This document shows positions 30,001 to 39,568 of a stretch of 64,000 nt of DNA, one piece after another. The stretch is from Salinispira sp. (GTDB taxonomy: Bacteria > Spirochaetota > Spirochaetia > DSM-27196 > Salinispiraceae). The stretch lies in assembly GCA_965602015.1 (NCBI GenBank), contig OZ271918.1:320001-384000 (forward strand), given 5' to 3'. The position numbers were made by a program, and so were the translations under genes. Below the pieces are notes generated by a model. The model had not been told where the DNA came from. It saw only the letters and a program-made list of their open reading frames with translations, and ran no database searches. Each line of letters starts with the position of its first letter. Positions within the stretch are counted from its first letter, which is position 1.

Positions 30001-31341
30001 TTACTGTACATCCAGCGCTTTGACTCGGACCGACGGCCCGCCGAAACCCACCGGCAGCGGGAACTGCTCCATCTTTCCGCATCCTCCGAGAATGAAACTG
30101 AGGATTTCCCTGCCGTCAGAAAGGCCGTCTATGTCGCCGAGGGTCTTGAACACCGAACCGCTTACCACCGAAATATTGAGCGGTGAGGTGATTCTTCCGC
30201 TCTCAATCAGCCATGCCCGGTTTGGAGCAAGGGTGAAGGTAGACAGTCCCGAGCCGTGCCGAAGGGTTTCAACAAACACCCCCTTCTCGATGCCCTCAAG
30301 CAGCTCGTCAAAGCTCGAGTCGCCGGGCTCGATGTAGGTGGTTGTCATCCGTACGATGGGCTCGTATTCGAAATTCATGGCTCGGCCGTTTCCCGTCAGC
30401 TCCTCATGGAGGGATGCTGCGGTGACCGATGAGTGGAGCCGTCCGCTCAGTTTTCCGTTTTTGATGAGATACGTTTTGGTGCTCGTGCTGCCCTCATCAT
30501 CAAAGGGGGTGAAACCGGCACCAAGCTCCTCACCGGTATCCACTATGGAGAGAATCGGAGAACCCACTGACTTCCCGATGGACCACTCGGCCTTCATATT
30601 TTCATCGCCGAGCATAAAATCCGCTTCGGATTTATGACCGAAACTTTCATGGGCGAATACTCCGGCGGCTTCGGGACTTAAAATAACCGGGTAGGACCCT
30701 GCTTCGATGCTTCGGGCCTCGGAAAGGAAGCGCAGGGCCGTGGCGTACATGTGCTCAATGGCCTCGGCGGGATCGACCAGGCAGCTGAAATCATTGCCGG
30801 AGAAATCAATTGAGTCATCAAACTGCCGTTCGCCTTCGGCCAGGCTGATTCCGGCGCGGATACCCACCCGCTGATAATCCCAATGGAGGTCAGCGCCTTT
30901 GCTTGAGTAAAAATGCTTGGTCATCGATTCATCCACATAGCGGACTGTCCAGACCTTGACCTTTTCCCGGCCGTCAAGCAGTGGCTGATAGGATTTGACC
31001 ATGGCGAGCTTATCCGCAAGACTTCTGCTTCGGACGGATTTTCCACCGGTGAACCGATAATGCTCTCCGGTATTTGCCTGAAGCCGGGATACTACCGGGT
31101 CAGAAGTTCTGAGCCCCCGGGGATCGGCCATGCCGGAAAGCTGATCGATTTCCGATTGGATGGCTTTGACGTCACTGGTCGCCGAGTAGTACCAGCGGGT
31201 ACCGTCGTAGAGCCGGATAAAGGCTCCCAAAGACTCTCTCTCGCTGATGTTTTCAATCTTGCCGCTGGTGAGGGCAAGTGATGTCTTAAATCCGTCTTCA
31301 ATGCGGACATCGCAATACAGCCCGTCGGGGAAATTATACAT
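30001..31341 (-). CDS. tldD: TldD metallopeptidase
   Basis: HESFGHKSEAD, FDDEG, RMTTTYI and CGK..Q motifs. Confidence 0.9.
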   Translation of the reverse strand: MYNFPDGLYCDVRIEDGFKTSLALTSGKIENISERESLGAFIRLYDGTRWYYSATSDVKAIQSEIDQLSGMADPRGLRTSDPVVSRLQANTGEHYRFTGGKSVRSRSLADKLAMVKSYQPLLDGREKVKVWTVRYVDESMTKHFYSSKGADLHWDYQRVGIRAGISLAEGERQFDDSIDFSGNDFSCLVDPAEAIEHMYATALRFLSEARSIEAGSYPVILSPEAAGVFAHESFGHKSEADFMLGDENMKAEWSIGKSVGSPILSIVDTGEELGAGFTPFDDEGSTSTKTYLIKNGKLSGRLHSSVTAASLHEELTGNGRAMNFEYEPIVRMTTTYIEPGDSSFDELLEGIEKGVFVETLRHGSGLSTFTLAPNRAWLIESGRITSPLNISVVSGSVFKTLGDIDGLSDGREILSFILGGCGKMEQFPLPVGFGGPSVRVKALDVQ

Positions 31342-31411
31342 ATTTGCTCCTTTGTACATTTAACCCCGATTTATCCTCATTTGCAAGAAAATCATGCATT
31401 TATGCGTAAAG

Positions 31412-31494
31412 TTGCATAATTGCATGAAAAAACCTTGCATTACCCGGGTGCCCATGCTATATTACAGATATGCAAATTATTGCATAATTGCATG
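31412..31494. promoter_or_regulatory. Promoter/operator region between tldD and the ArsR-type gene
   Basis: Direct repeat ttgcataattgcatg at 31412 and 31480 flanking TTGCAT-17bp-TATATT (31435-31463). Confidence 0.55.
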
Positions 31495-31540
31495 CGGCAT
31501 TACACGACGATGTGTAGCGCTGCATAACACGGAGGTAGTC

Positions 31541-32626
31541 ATGCGGAACCTGTCTTTGATTAAGGCCGAGCCTGGAGAGGGAATTAGTTTCGCCCTGGAA
31601 CGGGTGTATGCCCTGCAGTCAAGCCTGTGCTTAATCAAAGACCCGGTTGACGGGCTTCATCCCTGGGTTCACGAAATGCGTCAGAAACTCAGCGAAGAAG
31701 AGCTTCGAAACACCCGGAAATTCTGCATGACTAACACCTTTCTGGACGGCAAAAGCTGGGATTCGGTAGAAGACTGGCTGAACCATGTCCGTCAGCTTAC
31801 TGACGAAGAAATGGTGGCCTCCGAGCTCGATAATCTGCGGGCCAAGGTCAAAACATTTAAGAATTTCACCCAGGAGATGCCTGAGGATCAGGTGCTCCTG
31901 AATGATGAACAGGCATATGTGGATTTTATTTCGGCATTTTGGCAGGCCGATGAAATGGATGTCGATGAGGAGGTAATAAGGGATGAGTATTACTTGTTAA
32001 CCCACCCGGCGGAAAAACGGGAATTTATCATTACCCATTTCCGTCGAATGTACGATGCGTACCTGCGAAGCGAGTGGGAGCTTCACGAACAGGATCTTCT
32101 GGATTCCATCAGGGCTTTTAGCTCGGTGGATTACAATGCAAAACTTCGCGATGAAGCCGTGCTGGAAATAATTCAGCGAAGTTCCATGGACGAGGGCTTG
32201 ATGAATATGTTCGCCGAGGCCCGGCAGATCATTTTTATTCCCTCGGCTCATATCGGTCCCTACATCATGATTATGGACAACCGGGACGGAATCATCAGAA
32301 TAGTCCATGGAGCCCGGATTCCCGAGGGAGCCGTTATTAAATCTCCCTCACTGGTGAGGGGTGAGCTTCTGATGAAACTGGAGGCCATAGCCGATGACCA
32401 TCGGCTGCGCATTCTCAGGACTATTGCGGACCGCGGGGAAGTATCAAGCCAGGAGATAATCGACAGTATGAATCTGAGCCAGTCAAGCGTATCCCGCCAC
32501 CTGAAGCAATTGACGGCCAACGGATTTATCAAAGTTCGGAATATAGATCGGTCCAAGTATTTCAGCCTGAACATGAACCGATTCGACACGATGTTTCAGA
32601 CCATGAAACGCTATTTGGGAGGATGA
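31541..32626 (+). CDS. ArsR/SmtB-family regulator with a large N-terminal domain
   Basis: C-terminal AIADDHRLRIL...LSQSSVSRHLKQL HTH; RBS ggagg. Confidence 0.85.
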   Translation: MRNLSLIKAEPGEGISFALERVYALQSSLCLIKDPVDGLHPWVHEMRQKLSEEELRNTRKFCMTNTFLDGKSWDSVEDWLNHVRQLTDEEMVASELDNLRAKVKTFKNFTQEMPEDQVLLNDEQAYVDFISAFWQADEMDVDEEVIRDEYYLLTHPAEKREFIITHFRRMYDAYLRSEWELHEQDLLDSIRAFSSVDYNAKLRDEAVLEIIQRSSMDEGLMNMFAEARQIIFIPSAHIGPYIMIMDNRDGIIRIVHGARIPEGAVIKSPSLVRGELLMKLEAIADDHRLRILRTIADRGEVSSQEIIDSMNLSQSSVSRHLKQLTANGFIKVRNIDRSKYFSLNMNRFDTMFQTMKRYLGG

Positions 32627-32627
32627 T

Positions 32628-32828
32628 ATGTTGATATCAGACTATGAAATGATGGAATTGTCCCGTCAGAAGTACAACGAACTTCTAAAAGTAAGCAATA
32701 AGGGTGAATTCGGGGTATCCCGAAGATTGCGATCCGTCCGACGGGCTGTTGGACACAGCTTCATCGAACTGGGTCGCCGCCTTCTGAAGGGTGATGGAAA
32801 ATACCCCCTGAGCGCCATCGCCCGGTAA
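32628..32828 (+). CDS. Small basic hypothetical protein (66 aa)
   Basis: RBS ggagga; coupled to the ArsR stop and followed by a terminator. Confidence 0.6.
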   Translation: MLISDYEMMELSRQKYNELLKVSNKGEFGVSRRLRSVRRAVGHSFIELGRRLLKGDGKYPLSAIAR

Positions 32829-32859
32829 AGCCCAAGAAGCTCACAGATGTATGCCTCGG

Positions 32860-32896
32860 CAGCCGCGGGAAAAATCCGCGGCTGTCTTTTTTTTTG
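32860..32896 (+). terminator. Intrinsic terminator
   Basis: cagccgcgg-gaaaaat-ccgcggctg followed by a T run. Confidence 0.85.
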
Positions 32897-33003
32897 ATGC
32901 GGGTGAGATTATGATGAGAATACAGAGGCATACAGCGCTTCTTTTCGAGAAGAGAATCCGGAAAATAAGCCGGAAAAGAACGCCAAAATGCGAGGAGACC
33001 CAC

Positions 33004-33288
33004 ATGGCAGATAAACGGCCGTTTGTTGAGGAATTTATGGTACGGGGACAGGAAGCAGTTCAACGGGTGAGAGATCTCATCAAGGAAGGCAATGTCCGAC
33101 GCATAATCATTAAAAATGAAGAAGATAAGGTGCTCTTTGAAATTCCCGTCACTGCCAGCGTGTTCGTAGGCGGCGCGCTAACCCTTTTGGCCCCGGTGCT
33201 CGCAGCCCTCGGTGCGGCGGCAGCCCTGATGGCCCGGGTGAAGTTCGAGGTTCACCGAAGCGATGAACCCACAGACCAGGGCGAATGA
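33004..33288 (+). CDS. DUF4342-like protein
   Basis: V.DLIKEGNVRRIIIK...EIPVT...LAPVLAALG motif; RBS gaggag. Confidence 0.8.
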   Translation: MADKRPFVEEFMVRGQEAVQRVRDLIKEGNVRRIIIKNEEDKVLFEIPVTASVFVGGALTLLAPVLAALGAAAALMARVKFEVHRSDEPTDQGE

Positions 33289-33339
33289 CCGGGACATCAT
33301 CCAAATTTCGTATATCTAAATGTCCCGTGTATGGAGAAA

Positions 33340-34512
33340 TTAGAGCAGTAAACCCGCTGCCAATGCGGTAAGAACGGCGAAGGGCGGTGGAATTTTTGTA
33401 AACCCCAGCACAAGGGCTGTTATTAAGGCAACCGCAGCGGTCTCGAGATTAACTCCGGCGGCTAAAAAAATTACCAGCGCTGCCGAGGCGAGCATTCCGC
33501 CGGCGACCGCGTTGACTCCGGTAATCCCTATGCGGATTGCCGGCACGGCCCTTATGGCGTCCCACAGCGGATACACAAAGTAAATCAGCAGGAGGCCGGG
33601 TAAAAAAATACCGACCGCTCCGATGGCTGATCCCAAAATCTGATAAAGGCTACCAGAACCCCTGGCCGCCAGCCCGCCGGCGAATGACGCGAAACTGAAC
33701 ATCGGACCGGGTAGGCCCTGTACGAGGCCGTAGCCCGCCAGGAACTCGCTTCCACTCAACAGGCCGGTCTGTTCGACCAGCTCCCCATACATCATGGGAA
33801 CCACAACCTGTCCGCCTCCGAATACCAGATAGCCGTATCGGTAAAATCGCTCAAACAGGATGATGAGCGGGTGGGCTTCCGCAAGACTCAGGACGAGAGA
33901 CGTTAGGGCAATGAGGCCCAGGGCGATGATAAATCCCCATTTCGGCTTTAGCTGCGGCGTGGTCCAGCTGGCTTCTCTGCGTCGTATGAGAATTTCAACC
34001 CCGCCGCCCGCCAGAAGGAGGAGGGGAAACAGCCAGGGAGCCCGGAAAAAAAAGGTCAGCACTGCGCTGATGGCAAACAGAATCATCGTGCGGCGGTTGA
34101 CCAGCACCTTTTTGCCGATGCGGACCGCCGCCACCGCGATAAATCCCACGGCCATCGCGGGAACGAAGCGCAGGGCTTCAAGTCCGGTGGCCCCGGGCGA
34201 CAGAATATCATAGGCAAGGCTCAATGCTCCCATCACCGCAACGATCGGCAGGGCCCAGACCAGCATGGTCAAAGCGGCCAGAACCGGTCCGCCCATTTTG
34301 TAGCCCACGGCGACGATGGTCTGGGTGCTTGTGGGACCCGGCAGTACGGCGCACAGGGACATAAGCTCGATCAGTTCTTCATGGCTGAGGTAGTTCCGCT
34401 TGTTCACCAGCTGATGCTCATAGACCCCGTAATGACTCTGGGGACCACCGTAGGCCCCAAGAGAGCAAATCATGACGTCGAGAAGAAAGCGGGACTTCGT
34501 TACGGATTTCAT
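33340..34512 (-). CDS. chrA: Chromate efflux transporter
   Basis: AYGGP, LPGPTSTQ, VFGGGQVVVP and QGLPGPMF duplicated CHR motifs. Confidence 0.9.
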   Translation of the reverse strand: MKSVTKSRFLLDVMICSLGAYGGPQSHYGVYEHQLVNKRNYLSHEELIELMSLCAVLPGPTSTQTIVAVGYKMGGPVLAALTMLVWALPIVAVMGALSLAYDILSPGATGLEALRFVPAMAVGFIAVAAVRIGKKVLVNRRTMILFAISAVLTFFFRAPWLFPLLLLAGGGVEILIRRREASWTTPQLKPKWGFIIALGLIALTSLVLSLAEAHPLIILFERFYRYGYLVFGGGQVVVPMMYGELVEQTGLLSGSEFLAGYGLVQGLPGPMFSFASFAGGLAARGSGSLYQILGSAIGAVGIFLPGLLLIYFVYPLWDAIRAVPAIRIGITGVNAVAGGMLASAALVIFLAAGVNLETAAVALITALVLGFTKIPPPFAVLTALAAGLLL

Positions 34513-34626
34513 GGTTGCATTGTAGTGGAGAATGCCGCGACACGGCAAATGATCTATACTTAACAGAGATGTGGTTTTTGTGAATGTGTAAACCCGAACA
34601 TCCATTCGGCAAATCAGGAGGAGACA

Positions 34627-34830
34627 ATGATCAGATTTATTTTCGGGATAGCTATTGGTGTGGTGATAGCGATTTTCTCTTTTCAAAATACCCAGGTGGT
34701 GGATTTCGACTTTCTCGTATGGACGATTACAATTTCCCGCTCGCTCATGGTATTGATTGTGTTCGGGGTCGGCGCAGTAAGCGGATGGCTGGTCGGCGGT
34801 TTTGCCAAGAGCCGGCGACGGCACCGGTAA
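34627..34830 (+). CDS. LapA/DUF1049-like small membrane protein
   Basis: IFSFQNTQVV.FDFL.W motif; RBS aggaggag. Confidence 0.8.
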   Translation: MIRFIFGIAIGVVIAIFSFQNTQVVDFDFLVWTITISRSLMVLIVFGVGAVSGWLVGGFAKSRRRHR

Positions 34831-35151
34831 CGAGCCCATCTTCGGTCGCATCGCTTCTGTGTTCAATTCTGTGCCCGAGCGCATAATCAGAATTGAGGGC
34901 CACACGGCCACCGGCAGGGACATATCCTTCACGTCCAGCTGGGATCTCGGAGCGGCCCGGGCGGTAACCGTTCTCCGGTTTTTCGAAACCGGTCCGGCGT
35001 CGATCCTTACCGGCTTGTGGCGGTCTCCTTCGGATAATATCGCCCCCTATTGCCGAACACCAGTGAGCAAAACAGACTGAGAAACCGCAGAATCGAAATT
35101 GTCCTGCTGCCCCGCCCCCTGTATCAATGGCAGCAGATTATTGTGGAGTGA
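34831..35151 (+). pseudogene. MotB/OmpA C-terminal domain remnant
   Basis: IRIEGHT..SWDLGAARAVTV, a frameshift near 34995, then GVDP.RL.AVSFG*YRP..PN......NRRIEI with an internal TAA at 35035. Confidence 0.85.
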
Positions 35152-35190
35152 TGTAAAGCCCCGGTTGTGAGCCTGTTTTTTTACCGGGCT

Positions 35191-36837
35191 CTATGACAGA
35201 CCGCTGATTGTCCCTTCATCGTCGATATCGATGGCAAGAGCCGAGGGAACCCGGGGAAGCCCGGGCATCCTCATGATGTCGCCGGTGAGGGGAACCAGAA
35301 AGCCGGCCCCCGCATTTATCACGATGCGGCGCACGGTAACCAGGAAATCCTTCGGCCGGCCCAGCAGGGCGGGATTATCGCTTAGGGAGGACTGGGTTTT
35401 TGCGATGCATACCGGAAGCTTGCCGTACCCGCCGTCGACAATGGCGTTTATGTCACGGCGGGCTGCGGAGGTAAAGTCGACCGCCTCGGCGCCGTAAATC
35501 TCCCGGGCGACGGTCTCGATTTTTTCTTCAATCCCCGCCTCCCAATCGTACAACGGCCGGCCTTTTCCCCTGTCTTCATTGAGTATTTCTATCGCCTTGT
35601 GCGCCAACTCCGAGGCTCCTTCACCGCCTTTTTCAAAATGATAGGAAACGGCGTACTCCGCCTTGTTCTCCCGGCATATATCCCCTATGGCAGCCAGCTC
35701 TTCGCTGCTGTCGCCGGGAAAGGCGTTAATGGCCACTAACGGGGTGACGCCGAACTTCCGGATGTTCTCCAGGTGTTTGACCAGATTTTCCGCTCCCCTG
35801 CGGAGGGCGGCAAGATCAGCGACATCCAGCTCCTTTTTGCCGACGCCGCCGTGCATCTTTAATGCCCGGGCCGTAGCCACCAGCACCACCATATCGGGGG
35901 CAAAACCGCCGTATGGCGACACGATGTCGAAAAACTTTTCCGCGCCCAGGTCGAAACCAAAACCCGCCTCGGTAACCCCGACTTCTCCCATACGCAGGGC
36001 GAGATTGGTGGCGAGAACCGAGTTTGCGCCCTGGGCGATGTTGGCAAAGGGACCGCCGTGAATAATTGCCGGTCCGCCTTCGCTGGTTTGTACGAGATTC
36101 GGGAGCATGGCGTCCTTTAACAGAGCCGCCGCTGCCCGCTCCACCCCGAGATCAGCTACGGTGAACGGACTTCCGTCTGCCCGCTTGCCCAACAGTATTC
36201 TGCCGATCCGTTCCTTGAGCTCCGAGTAACTGGAAGAGAGACAGAGGATAGCCATTATTTCACTGGCAGCGGTTATGTCAAAGCCGTCCTCCCGGGGCGG
36301 ACCGTTTTTTTCACCAAGGCCGATGACGATGTCCCGTAGAGACCTGTCGTTCATATCCATCACCCGCTTCCAGTAGCAGCTGCCGGGCGAAGGGCTGCCC
36401 GCGGGATCGAAGTGCATTGCATTGTCCAGGCTGGCTGATATCAGATTGTGGGCTGAGCTTATGGCGTGGAGATCTCCGGTGAAGTGGAGGTTGATTTCAT
36501 CAGATGGGTGGACCATCGACGCTCCGCCTCCGGTAGCCCCGCCTTTGATGCCGAAGACCGGTCCGAGGCTTGGTTCCCTCAGGGCGACAACCGCGTTTAC
36601 CCCGTTGTGCCGCAGGCCTTGGGTCAGGCCGATACTGGTGGTGGTCTTTCCTTCCCCGGCAGGAGTAGGTGTGACCGCGCTTACCAGTATCAGTTTGCCG
36701 GGGCTCTTTTTCAGAATCCGATGTACCGCCGGCATGGCGATCTTGGCTTTGTAGGGTCCGTAGTGCAGCAGATCGTTGGACTCGATGCCCGCCTTTCCGG
36801 CGATTATTTCGATGGGTTCAAGGGTACCGTTCTTCAT
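35191..36837 (-). CDS. fhs: Formate--tetrahydrofolate ligase
   Basis: TPTPAGEGKTTT, LREPSLGPVFGIKGGA, HGGPFANIA and MRMPGLP motifs. Confidence 0.96.
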   Translation of the reverse strand: MKNGTLEPIEIIAGKAGIESNDLLHYGPYKAKIAMPAVHRILKKSPGKLILVSAVTPTPAGEGKTTTSIGLTQGLRHNGVNAVVALREPSLGPVFGIKGGATGGGASMVHPSDEINLHFTGDLHAISSAHNLISASLDNAMHFDPAGSPSPGSCYWKRVMDMNDRSLRDIVIGLGEKNGPPREDGFDITAASEIMAILCLSSSYSELKERIGRILLGKRADGSPFTVADLGVERAAAALLKDAMLPNLVQTSEGGPAIIHGGPFANIAQGANSVLATNLALRMGEVGVTEAGFGFDLGAEKFFDIVSPYGGFAPDMVVLVATARALKMHGGVGKKELDVADLAALRRGAENLVKHLENIRKFGVTPLVAINAFPGDSSEELAAIGDICRENKAEYAVSYHFEKGGEGASELAHKAIEILNEDRGKGRPLYDWEAGIEEKIETVAREIYGAEAVDFTSAARRDINAIVDGGYGKLPVCIAKTQSSLSDNPALLGRPKDFLVTVRRIVINAGAGFLVPLTGDIMRMPGLPRVPSALAIDIDDEGTISGLS

Positions 36838-36995
36838 TTTACCTCCCGCGCAGCAATACAAGGATAGACAGTTCCGTGCTCCCAGCATGGAGCATGACCG
36901 GATATTCTTCAAGATACGCGGTCAGCTCAGAGGGCCGTTGACGATTTTTCAAGCGAATGCTCAACAAACATCGGCTCCCGGTGTACAGTGTTACC

Positions 36996-37688
36996 GTGAA
37001 AGCACAATATTCATGGCTTCTGTTTGACGCCGATCATACGATTCTTGATTTCGATGCGGCGGAGGCCCATGCCCTCGAAACGGTCTGCCGGGAACTTGCC
37101 GGAGAGTGGGATGATAGCTGGGCCGTTTTGTACCACACTATCAATCGGGAGCTTTGGGCAGACCTGGAAAAGGGTGTTATCAGCAGCGCAAAACTGAGGG
37201 TGGAGCGTTTTGCCCGCTTTCAGCGAAATGCGAACATCAGCGGAGATCCAAATACCTACAGCGCCCGCTACCTCGAATTGCTGCAGGAGGGGAACTTCGT
37301 CATCGACGGTTCCCGGGAACTTCTTGAGCGCATCGCCCCGGATTTTAAAATGGCGGTAATCACCAACGGCATCAGAGACACACAGCTGCGCCGTTTCGAG
37401 GTGACGGGCCTGGGCAAGTATTTTGAACACATTGTGATATCCGAGGACGCCGGAGCTCCAAAGCCCCATGCCCAGTTTTTTGATTATGCCCTTAACCGTA
37501 TAGGTTTTTTTGAGCGGCGGGACATACTGGTAATCGGCGACAGCTTGAGCTCTGATATCGCCGGGGCGAACAGCGCCGGCATCCCCGCGTGCTGGTTCAA
37601 TCCCTGGGGTATTGATTCGGGGGATGTAGCGGTGCCGGATTACCAGATAAGCAGTCTGGACGAACTTCCCGGCTTGCTTTACCGCTGA
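36996..37688 (+). CDS. YjjG-like HAD nucleotidase
   Basis: FDADHTILDF, ITNG, KP and IGDSLSSDI.GA motifs. Confidence 0.88.
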   Translation: MKAQYSWLLFDADHTILDFDAAEAHALETVCRELAGEWDDSWAVLYHTINRELWADLEKGVISSAKLRVERFARFQRNANISGDPNTYSARYLELLQEGNFVIDGSRELLERIAPDFKMAVITNGIRDTQLRRFEVTGLGKYFEHIVISEDAGAPKPHAQFFDYALNRIGFFERRDILVIGDSLSSDIAGANSAGIPACWFNPWGIDSGDVAVPDYQISSLDELPGLLYR

Positions 37689-37705
37689 TACGGTTCTTTT
37701 CTGAT

Positions 37706-38515
37706 ATGGGAGGCTATAGGGTGAAAATCAAACAAATCGTCATTCTGATTCTCGTGGTTTTTGGCATTCCTGCGGCCTTGTTCGTCGCGTCGTCCTATTT
37801 TGAGGCCTATGCGGGCAGTTCCACTGCGGATTTCTTCCAGGATGGGCGGGATGAGCCGGTATGGTATCCCGCTGGGGTTGAACCGGGAAGCTACCAGGGT
37901 CTGGCCCTTCCGGCTGTGCTTCTGATCAGCGATGAGTTCTCGATAAATAACAATATTCGCCTGCGGGCCGAACAGCTGAATGCATTCGGTTACATTGTCC
38001 GGGTTCCGGATCTATATGACGGACGCCAGGCCCGGGGCATACCGGCCACCCGAATACTCCGGCGGGCAAACGCGTATGAGCTGCTCCTCGAGCGGGTACG
38101 CAGGGCCTGGCGGGATCTCCTGTCAGATCCTCTCGTTGATCCTGCCCGGGTCGCCGTCGCGGGATTCGATTTAGGCGCCGAGCTCGCCCTTTCGCTGGGA
38201 AGGGAGGACCCACGTCCGGCGCTTACCTTGCTGTTTTATCCCGGCGAGCTTCCCGCCAGTGCTGAGGAGCTGGGACTGGTGGGCGCCGCCGGACCGGTAG
38301 CGGCGTTTTACGCCGAGCTCGATGAGCGCCTTTCGCTGACGGACCGGGCGGAGTTTGCATCGTTGATGAGCAGCGCAGGGCGGGAGTTCGATCAGATCGT
38401 CTATGAAGGAACCCGCCCGGGCTTCGTTCAGACCGTACGGTCATCGGATACCGGCGCATCCATACGTGCATGGCTCGAGCTTCTGACCATCCTGCAGAAT
38501 CAGTTCTTGCGCTAA
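37706..38515 (+). CDS. Dienelactone-hydrolase-fold membrane-anchored protein with altered catalytic residues
   Basis: GY....PDLY, GFDLG (normally GFCxG), AELD and YEGTRPGF (normally HGF). Confidence 0.75.
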   Translation: MGGYRVKIKQIVILILVVFGIPAALFVASSYFEAYAGSSTADFFQDGRDEPVWYPAGVEPGSYQGLALPAVLLISDEFSINNNIRLRAEQLNAFGYIVRVPDLYDGRQARGIPATRILRRANAYELLLERVRRAWRDLLSDPLVDPARVAVAGFDLGAELALSLGREDPRPALTLLFYPGELPASAEELGLVGAAGPVAAFYAELDERLSLTDRAEFASLMSSAGREFDQIVYEGTRPGFVQTVRSSDTGASIRAWLELLTILQNQFLR

Positions 38516-38527
38516 AGGGAGCATAAT

Positions 38528-39532
38528 GTGCGCGTCTGCCTTGTTCAGTTCGATCCCGCCTGGGAAAACCCGGAAGAAAACCGAAGACGGATACGAGCAT
38601 TAGTTGACCGGCTTTCCGGGATTGCAGCGGTGTCCCCACAGCCGGCGGATATGATAATTCTGCCGGAGATGTGCCTCACGGGGTTTACCATGAATCCTCA
38701 TGCACACGGTGCCGCTGAAAGTTCTACCGATGACTCGAGCGGCGATACTGACGGCGTAATTGTTGCCGCGACCGGCGCGACTGTCTCGGCCGATGGAGCA
38801 GCTGCTGATCACACGACCGATGCGACAACTTACGGCGCGACTGTCTCGGCCGATGGCTCGGCCGATGGAGCAGTTGCTGATCACGCGACCGATAGCGCAA
38901 CATACGGCGCGACCGATAGCGCAACATACGGCGCGACCGATATCGCGTTGGATGCCCGGGGCTTTTTTTCCCAGTGTGCCCGTTCACTGAACTGCGCAGT
39001 GGTGGCGGGATACGGAGAGTTGGACCCCGACGGAATGGCGTCGAACAGGGCGGGCGCCTGGAGCTCAAGCGGAAAGTTGCTTGCCGATTATGTGAAAAAT
39101 TATCCCTTCAGTTATTCTGGAGAAGACCGGGTTTACCGGGCCGGGAAGGACGCCTCGATGCTCAGCATCGGCGGTCTGCGCTTCGGCCTGTATATTTGCT
39201 ACGATCTGCGATTTCCTGAACATTTTCGGAGGCTTGCAGGTCAGGTTGATTGTTATCTGGTCGTGGCCAATTGGCCCCTGTCACGCATGGCCCACTGGCG
39301 CAGCCTTCTGGTCGCCCGGGCGGTGGAAAACCAGGCCTGGGTTATTGGCGTGAACCGCCGGGGGAAGGACGGCAACGGAATCCGTTACCCCGGGGTTTCC
39401 GTGGTTGTTGATCCCATGGGCGAAATATGCGCAGAGGGAGGAGAAGAAGATGAGCTTGTTTGGGCAGACATCAGCAAATCCTTCGTCGATGAGACCCGGG
39501 CTCGATTCCCCTTTCTGAATGACCGGAAATAA
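38528..39532 (+). CDS. Carbon-nitrogen hydrolase (nitrilase superfamily amidase) with a low-complexity insertion
   Basis: LPEM, YVK and ICYDLRFPE (E-K-C triad); ANWP and ARAVENQ motifs. Confidence 0.9.
   Translation: MRVCLVQFDPAWENPEENRRRIRALVDRLSGIAAVSPQPADMIILPEMCLTGFTMNPHAHGAAESSTDDSSGDTDGVIVAATGATVSADGAAADHTTDATTYGATVSADGSADGAVADHATDSATYGATDSATYGATDIALDARGFFSQCARSLNCAVVAGYGELDPDGMASNRAGAWSSSGKLLADYVKNYPFSYSGEDRVYRAGKDASMLSIGGLRFGLYICYDLRFPEHFRRLAGQVDCYLVVANWPLSRMAHWRSLLVARAVENQAWVIGVNRRGKDGNGIRYPGVSVVVDPMGEICAEGGEEDELVWADISKSFVDETRARFPFLNDRK
38774..38942 (+). repeat. In-frame nested tandem repeats (60/72/24 bp units)
   Basis: ggcgcgactgtctcggccgatgg x2 and gcgaccgatagcgcaacatacggc x2. 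Confidence 0.9.
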
Positions 39533-39568
39533 TATGAAGTGCCCCCAAAACAGCTGATTTTCCCCTCC

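Noticed and set aside
36838..36960. THF or ZTP riboswitch upstream of fhs
   Set aside because: Two hairpins are present but I could not match consensus motifs; an Rfam scan would settle it
38774..38942. Possible CRISPR array
   Set aside because: No unique spacers, units of varying length, in frame within a CDS, and no cas genes
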